From: Nemertoderma westbladi
Lineage: Eukaryota; Animalia; Xenacoelomorpha
Direction: 5' to 3'
Length of the DNA stretch: 33,240 bases
Assembly (NCBI GenBank): GCA_032718475.1
Contig: JAUCBJ010005418.1
Coordinates: 1-33,240 of the forward strand
Shown here piece by piece: positions 22,898-33,240 of this stretch; the stretch's first letter is position 1; each line of letters starts with the position of its first letter. The notes under the pieces were generated by a model. It worked only from the letters and a program-made list of their open reading frames with translations, had not been told where the DNA came from and did not search any database. The position numbers were made by a program, and so were the translations under genes.

Positions 22898-23150
22898 ATG
22901 TGGGGCGAGCCACGAAGTGAGCGAAGCCTTAGAATATGGGTGCCATTGGCGATTTGTTGTCAAACTTGGCACGTTATGTAGTGCGTCAAAAGCTTAGAAA
23001 GAGTCTGAAGTTAGGTCAAAAAGAAACTAACACAACACGGCACTACATGAGGACAATTATTGTGTTGAAGACTTTTTACTAACGGCAGACAACTCGTTAA
23101 TGTTTCCCACATGCTAAAGGCTTTGCTCACTTCGTGCTCCGCAAAGGCCT
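22898..23150. mobile_element. Short element with 18-bp inverted repeats (HINE/MITE-like)
   Basis: CACGAAGTGAGCGAAGCC (22911) / GGCTTTGCTCACTTCGTG (23119); a related TATGTGGGRCGAGCCAC motif occurs at ~10512 and ~11123, and CACTTCGTG at ~24400. Confidence 0.4.
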
Positions 23151-25049
23151 CATGAACGTCATGATCGTGTCATTGTTGATAATTTAGAATATTATACTGT
23201 AGCGTTGCGGCGCGAATAATAGAACGAGGGAAATTAAAGCTTTAATGTGCTAATTATGAACAATATCGAATCTCATTTTATTTATTTGTTGGGTATTATT
23301 TCTAGTTATATACTTAAACTTTCTAGAACAACCTAAAAATGACGCGATGACATACTGCATATACTGCAAATGCATTTTTTAATTCAACACAAAATTTATT
23401 TTACAGAAATAAATAAAACATTTATATGATGTAGAGTACTAAGTGTTAAAAATAATGTAGAATTGTTGTGGCACAGACACGAAATATGACATAACTTTTG
23501 ACTGCATGCATGGATTTTGCTAGAATTACGTGCAAAACTTTTATACGTCAATGGTTTTTCAACGTATTTAATAAAGTTTAAATAATTTCACCAAAAATAT
23601 TTTCTTAACTTTTTTGCAAAGTAAAATGAATCGAGCTCGTATATTAGTTACATATAAAACATAGCACAGCATAACATTTTGAATGTAACTGAACAACATA
23701 CTGTGCTGTAAATATACAATGGTAATGTGATATCAAACAATTAGACACATTAAACTTAAATCGGCAGTGGCACAGTCATGTTGAAAGTATAGTATTAGTT
23801 ATTCCCACTGTAGTCTGTAGCGAAGCTAGTGTTTTGGGTTTTTGGAAATAATGTAAATGCCGTTTTTATATTGATACAAATCGCCGATTGAGATAACTAT
23901 GCAAGGAATTAAATATGCGATGAATGAACTATGCAATGACAATTTCCTAAAAATATGGGTTAATATAGATTTGGCATTATTATGTACCGGTATATCAAAC
24001 ATTTTTTGGATCAAATGGAAGAACATTTTTTAAAAACATTCAGTCAAGTTGAAAATTTGTAGGTATCAATATGAGCAAAAGTTGAGATTTTTGAGAGACT
24101 TTCAGACACCATCAGTGCAATGGTCTCCCGCTAGAGGGCCACATGTCTAAACATTAAATGCCCTCCCATTTCTTTGCTTTTAATCCGTTTAAGCTGAAAC
24201 TTGGCAGATATGTATTAGACCATTAGCTGTGACTTTCAAAGGAGGCGAATCCATCTGCAGTTCTCCAGTCTGCCGCTAGAGGGCCAAAGGTCTGAAAGTG
24301 AAATCGTGACAACGACGACAACTATTTGCATAAATTGACCCACCCCCTAACAGTGTCAATTCGCTAAGGCTCCGCCAACTAAGTGCTGCGCGAAGGCCCC
24401 ACTTCGTGTTTACTATGTAGACTTTGTTCAACCTAAACAACTTAAGTCAGATTAACAATATTATTCTGTAAAATTTCTAAGCAATGAGTGGTATGAATAA
24501 AGCTGATCTTCGAACTATGGTTCTGTAATTAAATTTTATTACTTCAAAATTTATAGGGATTTACCAGTGAAAGAAACCTAGAATCCATTATCACAATGTA
24601 ACAGTATCAATAACCATATCTATTCTATGTAGATCATAAGGGAGACATCCTTGATTCATATATTATAATTTCCGAGCTGAAATGTTTCGGTGACTATAAC
24701 TTTCAGACTTCGTATTATGTACAAACGACTGAGTAGTATATTTTAATATTAATGGGTTACTGGTATATAGAACAAGTGTACACTGGGAGCGAAAATATAT
24801 TACATAAAATTTTGAGTAATATAAAATTAACGAGTCCAGTTCGTCTCCCCTCGTGTCAACCGACCCATACCCCCATCCTTCCCCCTCCTTCCACGCGTTT
24901 CCCTTTACCTCGTGGGCTTTCGTCAAGTATATATTCCGTGTGGGTCCACCTTGGTGGGAAGAAACATTTTTTAAAAACATTCAGTAAGGGCGGCGTTGAG
25001 TGAGGTGAATTCGCCGCCCCTCCAAAGGACGCAGTCTACATACTGAACA

Positions 25050-26990
25050 CGTAGTTACTGCGAAAACGGTGCCCCCCCCCCCCCCCCCCCCGCATTCGAC
25101 CTATTTCCCGAGGTACGATTTTCTTGATTTTTTGAGGGGGGACGCATAATGCCAAAAAAATAAGATTCTTCAGAGCTTTTAGCGAATCTATCGTTTTGAC
25201 CGACATGACGGACAATTGTCTTGTTTTTTTGTCTTTTTTTCACTAGGACTCTTAAAAAACCTCTATTTGACGCATCCAGAGACACCGAGAATCGAAAGAG
25301 GGGGTCTAAATTAGACGTTTCCACTTCTTGGAATACCCCGCCTCTGGGCTTGTTTTCCGTCTATTGTCCGTCAAAGTTGAAAAAACGGACAAAATGACTT
25401 TGCGGGATCCGTAATAACTCGGCTACTATTTATCGTACGCGAACGAAAGTAACACGGTTGCAACGATGACGAGTGGGTCTACCTTCGTATCGAATGGGGG
25501 TAAGAGATTTATTAAAATTTCGGGTGGAAAAAGGGGCCGTAAATTTGTACGTTTTTGTCCGTCTTTTTTCGAAATTTCATTTCCGAAATGTTTAATTTGA
25601 CAACGCGGGTAGGATTCCACTAATTCTTTTTTGAAACTCGTAGAAGACCATTGGGGCTACGTTCCTATCGAGTGGGGGTACAACAAATATGTCGACAATA
25701 GGGGCCAAAGAGGGCCAGAATATGAAAAATAGTTTTTATCGAATATTTGTTTCTTTTTCACTTTAGTTGGTTAAGGTACATTTTATACGGTTAATATCGA
25801 TACGGGGAATTCAAATATGCTATCGGTTTTGCTCCGCGGACGCTATTAAAAAAATGAGGGCCAAAAATAAAATTTCGCCCTTCACACTCGCTTCGCGGGA
25901 AATCGTCTAGCTCGAAAACTACTTAACTTACGGCAGATTTGTTTACACAGACTTATAGTGCGTTAAATTATCTATCTAACAGCGTTAGTTACAGCGCATT
26001 AGCTTTTATACAACTGGTGCGGCAGACGATCGTGTTAAATAAAATATTTAAAAAAAGGGACGAAAAAATTTTTTTTTTAATAAATCGCTACTCTATGATA
26101 ATCTAGCGTATTGCGCCAAAAGTACATTTAAAATTTAGCAAATTACCTCCGCTATCTTTTTTCTTAACATTTATAATTAAAATTACGAATTTTAAAGGTC
26201 GAAAAATATCACGTAATTTTGGCGCTTTTTTCATTTTTTTTTGGGGCCAAAAATGACCCCCTCTCAAAAGATAGAAAAAAAAATTACGGCAAAGAATATA
26301 CCAATTTTATTGAATTTGGACCACCAGAGCCGAAGTTAGAGCGATTTTAGTGAAAATATAAAAAAAAAATTTTTTACAAAAAATTAAGAATGGTCAATAT
26401 TGGATTTCGTACCCGCGAACTTAGGTTTCATTAACGTGATTGATAACCACTAGACTATGTGACCAAGTGAATTTGAAATTTTCGAGTGACTATTTTAAAA
26501 CATCAATACCTTTGGTTCTATTGTGCCGTTTGATCTGAAACTTTTTTCATTGGATAGAGGATAGATTTGTAGTGTGTGAAATAGGATACAACTTGGGAAA
26601 AGACGCATGTGCACTTAGTGCAAAATTCACTTAAATAGTGGACATTTTGTCGATAATTCAAACAGTATTATTTCAAGTTCTATACATCCTAGAATGTTAG
26701 TTTCTGGGTTAAAATGTAGTTTGGGGTGATTTCTAACTATAATCTTAACATTTGTTTATCTTTTTATGTCTATAAAGTGACTTAAAATGTCCATGAATAT
26801 GGTCCAAAATCGCAAATGTCGCGATTTATTAAATTGGATTTTTTACACTTTTAGCAACAGACACTTGATTATACACCATCGTAGATCGGTAGAGGATAGA
26901 CATAAGTGTGTTAAATAGGAACCACCTTTAGGATCCGCTAAAGTGCACTTGTGCAAATGTGTGCAAATGTGCAATTTTTTTAAATAAGGT
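25050..26990. mobile_element. Probable non-autonomous DNA-transposon remnant(s)
   Basis: Non-coding with homopolymer runs and dispersed direct repeats (~25480/25657 CTAC.TTC.TATCGA.TGGGGGTA; ~26555/26890 TAGAGGATAGA...GTGCACTT). Termini not resolved. Confidence 0.35.
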
Positions 26991-27352
26991 CAAATTGTGT
27001 ATTATTGGGTTCTTTTCGTTGCAGATAGTTTATTTTCATATTTGTATGTTGTTTGTGTTGCCGTTATCCCGACACCAGGAGGGAAAAACGCCGATGCTGG
27101 AGACGTGACTTTACAGACCACGGAGTCCCGGCCAGTCACCGGATATTGATTGTGGAGAAGGAATAATTTCTGAGATGCAAGATTGCGGGTGAGGAAAAGC
27201 TGCATTGGTTGGATATACTCTTTAATGTAACTTCCTACAGTTGAACCCTGATTGATAATTAATTGGGCTTCCCCAAATCAATATACACCAAATATTCACA
27301 ATAATTATACACGACAATATAAATCCCTACAGTATATTATTTAATTACCCAC

Positions 27353-28234
27353 TGTTCGCTCAGATTTTAGCCTAACTAATGTTCCCCAGATTTTCCCTCG
27401 GTCCTAGTCTTAGTGCCGTAGTGTCGGTGTCGGTCGACCCTGTTGCGTGTCTGTTCCGCCCCACCCGAACCCCGAAGGGATCGATCATCGAGAACCAGCA
27501 CGGCTTGGATAAGGGTCGGTCCAGTCGGTAGACTCTGTCGCTTATCCGTCCCACCCCTCCCGAACCCCGAAGGGATCGATCATCGAGAACCAGTATGGCT
27601 TGGCTAGGGGTCCGTTGGTTCATCGCAGAGACCCAACCAACTAGGCTTTCCGAGTCCTTATTCAGGCTCGTAGTCGCTTCGGCAGCCGAGAATCTGCTCC
27701 GAACAGTCGGTAGGCCAGTAGCGTCCAGTCCTTTGTCTTTCGACCTTGTCGCATGTCCGTCCCACCCCTCACGAACCCCAAAGGGATCAGTCATCGAGAA
27801 CCAGTACGGCTTAGCTAAGGGGGCTGTCATTTCCCGTCGCGAATCCCTGGCACAAGCAGCATACTTTCCGATGTCCTTTTCAGGCTCGTAATAACTGCTG
27901 TTGGCCAGGGGCCGCTAAGGGCAGTCCTTGTCCTTTAGGCCTGGCGCATTACCAAATCCACCTCTACAGGCAGCAGGAAGTTGGCCAGGGCCTAATAGTA
28001 CTCAGGCTAACCTGAATACTGCTTAACTTTGCCTCCCACCCCTGGCCCTTATAAACATGAAATTATTCCCGTACCCTGTAAGTTGCCCCAATGTTCGCCC
28101 ATAAATCGCCCCCAGTTCATAGAATGTGCCCAAAACCCATAGTCCCGCACCCAGTAGTGATATCGGAATAATCATTTTAAATAAATACAAAAAATATTAA
28201 ACTCGCGTTATGAAAAGTTGAAATACCGCGAACA
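27353..28234 (-). repeat. 3' LTR (882 bp)
   Basis: 7-bp perfect terminal IR TGTTCGC...GCGAACA; TATA-like TTTATAAG at ~28050(-); three internal copies of CGAACCCCRAAGGGATCRRTCATCGAGAACCAG-like sequence. Confidence 0.85.
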
Positions 28235-28235
28235 G

Positions 28236-28243
28236 TCCCCCCC
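28236..28243 (-). promoter_or_regulatory. Polypurine tract
   Basis: GGGGGGGA then C then TGTT on the minus strand, immediately before the LTR. Confidence 0.8.
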
Positions 28244-28410
28244 AATGACCTTCGTGAGGTCTATCGGTAGATTGAGTTTGCGTAGGTCATTCCCAATATA
28301 AAAAACCCAAATTTAATATTGCATAGTCTTAATTAATTTGGCCTAGAGTTTATATATATATATGTATAAAAATAAATGTTCAATAAATGTTCCTGGAATA
28401 TCCCGGTTCA

Positions 28411-29245
28411 CTATTTCTTTCTCTGATACGCCTTTCGCCTCTTCGCCCGTCGACTCTCGTCGATCGCTAGAGCTGGAAGGGGAGCGTCAACATCCATCGT
28501 GAGCAACGCTTCGGCTTGTCTCCTGGCGGCTCTTCCTAAAAGAGCGTTCGCATAGTCGTTCCGGACGTCCACTTTTATATCCGACCCGATTTTAATGACG
28601 TCGAAGTTGAAGACTTCGAGTCTTTTGGATTTTCGGAGGTAGTAACCAGATCGCTCCGGCTGCCTGCACTTCCTGTCTGGGTGTCGGGAATATTCGACAC
28701 ACCAATACCAAACCATCCAGGGTTCCGAGGACGACGACCAAGGATCGACCGTATTCTTTCGCCCCGTACTTTTCCTGGATGTCATCGCGATTCTGGATGA
28801 TCAATATACATTCCTCTCGTAGCATCGCCGTACACTCTGACAGGTTTCCCCAGTGGGCGAGGTACGTACTCTTGTCGTCGACGAAACTTTGACATCGCGC
28901 CAATGCAATCGCTTTCGAGGTGGGCGTCGCGTTTCCCTCGTTGTCGTATATCAAACATCGGGATTTGTAGACGCTTTGCCGGAACGTTTCCCAGAATGAC
29001 GACTCGTCCCCTCCGGTTGCCTTTGCGTTCCGAGTTCTTTTCAGTCTCGTACTTGCATCGGACAACCGGAGCTCTCGTAGGTACCGGGAATCCGGTCCCT
29101 CTCGCGCGGTGAATTTAACGACTCGCACATTCTCATTTATCAGGGCATTCCAATTCGTATCAAAGTTAGGGGATCCAGGTTGCAGATATTCCAGTAGATC
29201 TATCGTATTACGTAATTCGCCGATAATTTGGCGATTTGGGTCCAT
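28411..29245 (-). pseudogene. Extra ORF of the BEL/Pao element: putative DEDDy (WRN/EXD/Mut-7-like) 3'-5' exonuclease, frameshifted near 28625
   Basis: CLIYDNEG (ExoI DxE), VVVLGTLDGLVLVCRI, LLPPKI, then in the second frame DVIKIGSDIKVD (ExoII-like); no clear ExoIII motif and no signal peptide. Confidence 0.5.
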
Positions 29246-29774
29246 ATTTACGATTATGTCCGTTGCAAATTAGATCAGTTAATTATAAGTCCAGAAAGTC
29301 TGAAACTATAGTGATTGCAGAATAATTCGGTTTATTAAATAACATTGCTATATAGGCATCTACCATCTATTGCTAATACATTCAGCATTTGCAGTTACTA
29401 TAGCTATACATTAATATCCAACCAGTTTTGACTTTTTATGTCCTCTTCTTTTTTTCAATTCTTTTATTAATACATTTTATACATTTTTTTGTCTTTTTTC
29501 CATTTCTCATTATTATTTCATTTCACATTTCATTATTTCAACATATATTTCATCATTTAGTTCCACCATTTATTCTCGATTTTGTTTATTTCCACATCAT
29601 CATTGGGGTTATAGCCCCCCGGCTATCATCATTTGTTATAAGCGCAGCACCAGGGTGCGCATCATTACATTTTCATCACCATACGCGTCATCATTCGGTT
29701 TATAGTAGAGTTGTCTGTTTTTTTTCATCATTTCCAACTACATTCAATCATCATCTTTGGTAGATTTTTGTTGT

Positions 29775-30200
29775 GGAAGGGGTGTTACGCGGCAATCTGG
29801 GATCTACAGCTGGACTCGTTACACCGCCTACGCCCCAAACTGCGCACGTAACGGACAATGAAGATGCTGGGAGTGAAGTCACGTGGAATGCACCAGGGAC
29901 CCACCAGAATAACACTCCCAACAACATAAAGCTCAGCCGACGAAGTCATGTGGGATGGGGTTACGCAACATTCTGGGATCTACAGCTGGACTCGTTATAC
30001 TGCCTACGCCCCAAAATCCACGCAACGGTCCCACCAGAATAACGCGACTGAGAACATAAAACCTCTATCGTCGAAGTCATGTGGATGCACCATGGACCCA
30101 CCAGAATAACGGGATAGAGGGGGTGTTGCGCGGCAATCCGGGATCTACAGCTGGACTCGTTACACCGCCTACGCCCCGAACTGCGCACGCAACGGACAAC
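29775..30200. repeat. ~170-bp tandem repeat (about 2.5 copies) in the retroelement 3' region
   Basis: GGGATCTACAGCTGGACTCGTTAYACYGCCTACGCCCC at ~29799, 29975 and 30140. Confidence 0.9.
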
Positions 30201-30468
30201 ATAACATACTACAATGGATACAATGAATTCCACTTCAAATCTTTACCATTTCCAATAATCCAAAACCGTTGGTCCTGATGACCAAAATCAGGGTAAACAA
30301 TACATAAACGACCCTGCGTCAGTCGAAACATCTTCAGGGTGACGCTGGACTCCACATAACACACGAGGAAACACAAATACCATTGCGTGGTTACAGTTGT
30401 TTAAAGGGGGGTCCATTTACATTGTCAGTAAATCACAGTTTAAAGTTTGTCAACAGGATGAGAAGGGT

Positions 30469-32913
30469 TTAAACGGGTTTATCATTGTCACCAATCTCCG
30501 CAGCAGGATCCTGAGTAGGGAACTTATCACCTCTCGTAGAGTCACCGCTGTCATTGCCTTCAAGAAGGCACAGCCTCTGGATAGGGCGTTGGTAGTAGCC
30601 CTTTGCCGTTCGTATCGTCACAGTCCTCGCAAGTCCGTCTTTGCTCGGGTGTATTGCCGCGACTCGCGCCACAGGCCAGTGGACGCAGTCTTTGAGATCT
30701 TCTTTTACTAGTACCATGTCGCCAACTGCGACATTCCTGTAGGTGTTGTTCCACTTCCTCCTGGTCCGGAGGGTTATGAGGTACTCCTGGGCCCAGATTC
30801 TCCACCAATGCGCTGCCAACGCTTGGGCCTTCTTCCAATTTGTATGTCTCGCGATATCGCTGGGATCCGGAAACATGGTCTCTGGGAGAACATGGGTTTT
30901 GGGTCTCCCCAGTAGGTGGTTAGGCAGAATTCGCAGAATGTTGTGCGGAGGGTGTCATGGGTTACCCGGGTGTCTCCTAGAGCGGCGCGCATGGACCGTT
31001 TCACTAAGTCGATCAGTTTCTCCCTTACCCCGCTTGTATGGGGTGCTAAGGGGGTCTGGAAGTGCCACTGTATCTGGTGTTCCTTCCAGACTTGGGATGC
31101 GGTGTTGTCAGTAAACCATCCCTCGATCGCCTCTCTAAGTTCTCGTTCTCCTCCCACAAAGTTTGTACCATTATCGGAATACATGTAGCGACATGTCCCG
31201 TTGTTCGCCACGAACCGACGCAGAGCGTTGATGAATGCGTGTAGCGTCAGGTTTACCACAATGTCTAGGTAGATTGCCCTAGACCTAAGGCAGGTGAAGA
31301 TGGCTCCCCAGCATTTGATGTTGGATCGCCGTTCGATGACCGTAAACGGTCCGAAGCAGTCCACTCCGGTGACGTAGAACGGTGGGGAATCTGCTTGTAG
31401 ACGGGTGGCTGGTAAGTCGGCCATCTTTTGGGTGAGTGGTGGCGCTAGATATCTTCTGCAGGTAAAGCAACGTTTCAACACTTTCCGGATCAGTGGCTGG
31501 ATGTGGGTGATCCAATATCTTTGTCTTATATTAGCTATAATCCAGTTCTGTCCTGCATGATGGTTTTCCTCGTGACATCGTTGAATTAATAGCTTGGCTA
31601 GTGTTGACGTTCCGGACAGAAGCGCCGGGTATTTAACCTCATATTCGACCGGGGCGTTTGCCATCCGGGTATTCAGTCGGATCAGTCCGTCCTCTCCCAT
31701 CATTGGTCTCAGCTGGTAGACTGGGCTGTCCGGTTTCAAGGTTTTGCCCGCACTAAGTTGTTCCCACTCATCGGGGAAACTTTCTCTCTGGACATATCCA
31801 ACGATACTCTTCTCCACGATAATGAGTTCTTGTATACTCCGTTGAACTATCGGTTTGTTGTCTTTCCACCGTAGGAAGTTGTGAAGGGTTATAATGTGGT
31901 GGATGAGCCGTCTCATTGATGAAGTTCGCTCGATCAACAGATGTAAAGACGCCGCTGGTTGAGTGATCGTCGCGACGTTATAGTGCCGGCCCGAGTCCTT
32001 TGCAGGCTCAGTCAGACAACTATAAATTTCCACTGCGTTGCTTCTATGGACTTTACGGATCTCTTTATCATCCTCGGAGTATTTTCCGCTATCGAGTTCG
32101 GGGTCGAATCGGGTACTCCATGTTAATTGTGGCTGCTGTAGGAATTCCGGGCCTGTAAGCCAGAGTTTGCTTTTACCGAGTTGTTTTGGGGTGGCGCCTC
32201 GGCTTGATAAGTCCGCTGGATTTTCTTTCCCGTTCACGTGGTGCCACTGTTCCCGGCCGGTACACTGTTTAATCTCCGTGGCTCGGTTCGCAACAAACGT
32301 AGTGTGACGCCGTGATGGAGAGTGGAGATAATAGAGAACTATACTCGAATCGACCCAGAAGTGTTGAGATTCGATGGGGATTCGTAGGTTCCGCATGACC
32401 ATGCGATTCTGTCTTACTGCCCAAACTGCAGCCTGTAGCTCGAGTCTTGGAATCGTTGCTACGAATTCCCCGGATACTGTCTTAGCTTTAGAAAATAAGA
32501 AGCTCGTATCGCCGTTTCCATCGTTGCTTAGTCTTCGTAAGAAGGTGACTAGGCCAATTCCGGTATTCGAAGCATCCGAGAAGGTATGGAGCTGGAAGAT
32601 ATCGGTGGGTAGTTTATCGAGGAAGAACGGTCGAGGTATCCGCATAAGATGTAGGTGTTCGAGCTGCTCCATCCATTTTCTCCATTTGACGCTGAGGTGT
32701 GGGGGGAGTTCTTCGTCCCATCCCAGTCCTTCTATCCACATTTCCTTAATCAGGTTCATTCCGGCCAAGGTTACTGGAGATATGAAATTTAGTGGGTCGA
32801 AGATGGCGCTTTTTATCGACAAACATCCCCTTTTTGTCATAGGCTTGGGTAGGGGTTTATATTTGAAAATGAATTCGTCTGATTCTATGTCCCATTCAAT
32901 CCCGAGTACACGG
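30469..32913 (-). pseudogene. pol: BEL/Pao pol (Peptidase_A17/RNase H-like region, H2C2 integrase Zn finger, rve core, DUF5641) with a deletion/frameshift at ~30925
   Basis: IFDPL, LHTFSDAS, TIPRLELQAA, FWVDS, ENPADLSSRG, HEENHH...C..C, GVDCFGP, SDNGTNFVG; FCE is fused to PNHLLG in another frame (NSRPL segment missing); WAQEYL...VGDMVLV...WPVARV...DGLARTV. Confidence 0.95.
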
Positions 32914-33240
32914 TGACGAATGTATATGTGGGGCTGCGCATTAATATTGGAGTGACATGCGGTCAAGTATAACGTATGTGTATTCAGATATTATAAGAAG
33001 AGCAAACCAAGCATTAGGCCTAGATGAAAAGGGCAGTACAGAATTCAGAAGGCAGTATAAGTACTGGAATACTATACATACTTACTTCCTGGTTTCCATA
33101 GGTTGCCAAGCAACGAAAGGCGTTGTTAAGCAACGATATAAACAACTGAGTTTGTGGTATGAACTAAGTACGCCTAAAATAAACTGTCACCGCACAGCGG
33201 TGAAAAAAAAACGGTTTTCCTAGGCTGTCAAGCAACGGAA

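Larger units (their letters stand above)
27353..32913 (-). mobile_element. BEL/Pao LTR retrotransposon, 5'-truncated
   Basis: Pao-type pol, extra 3' ORF, PPT and 3' LTR in the expected order; homology stops upstream of RVLGIEW at ~32913. Confidence 0.92.

Noticed and set aside
28411-29245. env/viral glycoprotein call for the extra ORF
   Set aside because: No signal peptide, C-terminal transmembrane anchor or Cys-rich ectodomain.
29428-29763. Hydrophobic 111-aa membrane-like ORF; box C/D snoRNAs from the ATGATGA motifs
   Set aside because: It is the antisense of an A-rich tract; no consistent box D or terminal stems were seen.
30397-33223. Plus-strand and alternate-frame ORFs over pol, ORF 32957-33223, and the first ~17 codons of the 730-aa ORF
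   Set aside because: Shadow ORFs of pol, or unrelated flanking sequence beyond the truncation.

Overview
AT-rich eukaryotic (animal-like, probably invertebrate) repeat-dense window; no rRNA, tRNA, CRISPR or intact housekeeping gene was seen. (1) 1302-6562: head-to-tail array of three Helentron/DINE-1-like rolling-circle elements, the third carrying a ~1.6 kb (GAGCC)n array. (2) Scattered pieces of an unnamed intron-containing gene family: two convergent paralogs at 14536-15382(+) and 19749-20494(-) share one phase-2 intron position, and Cys-rich exons lie at 6667-6888(-), 7240-7416(-) and possibly 829-975(+). The two paralogs flank a decayed PHD-finger gene and a decayed C2H2-finger gene. (3) Fragments of a second LTR element, a hATm-like transposon, an RTE-like LINE, a piggyBac-like MITE and other non-autonomous elements. 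(4) 27353-32913(-): 5'-truncated BEL/Pao LTR retrotransposon with pol, PPT and an 882-bp 3' LTR, plus an extra ORF in the env position that shows DEDDy 3'-5' exonuclease-like motifs instead of envelope features. Family calls come from motif recognition by eye; no searches were run.
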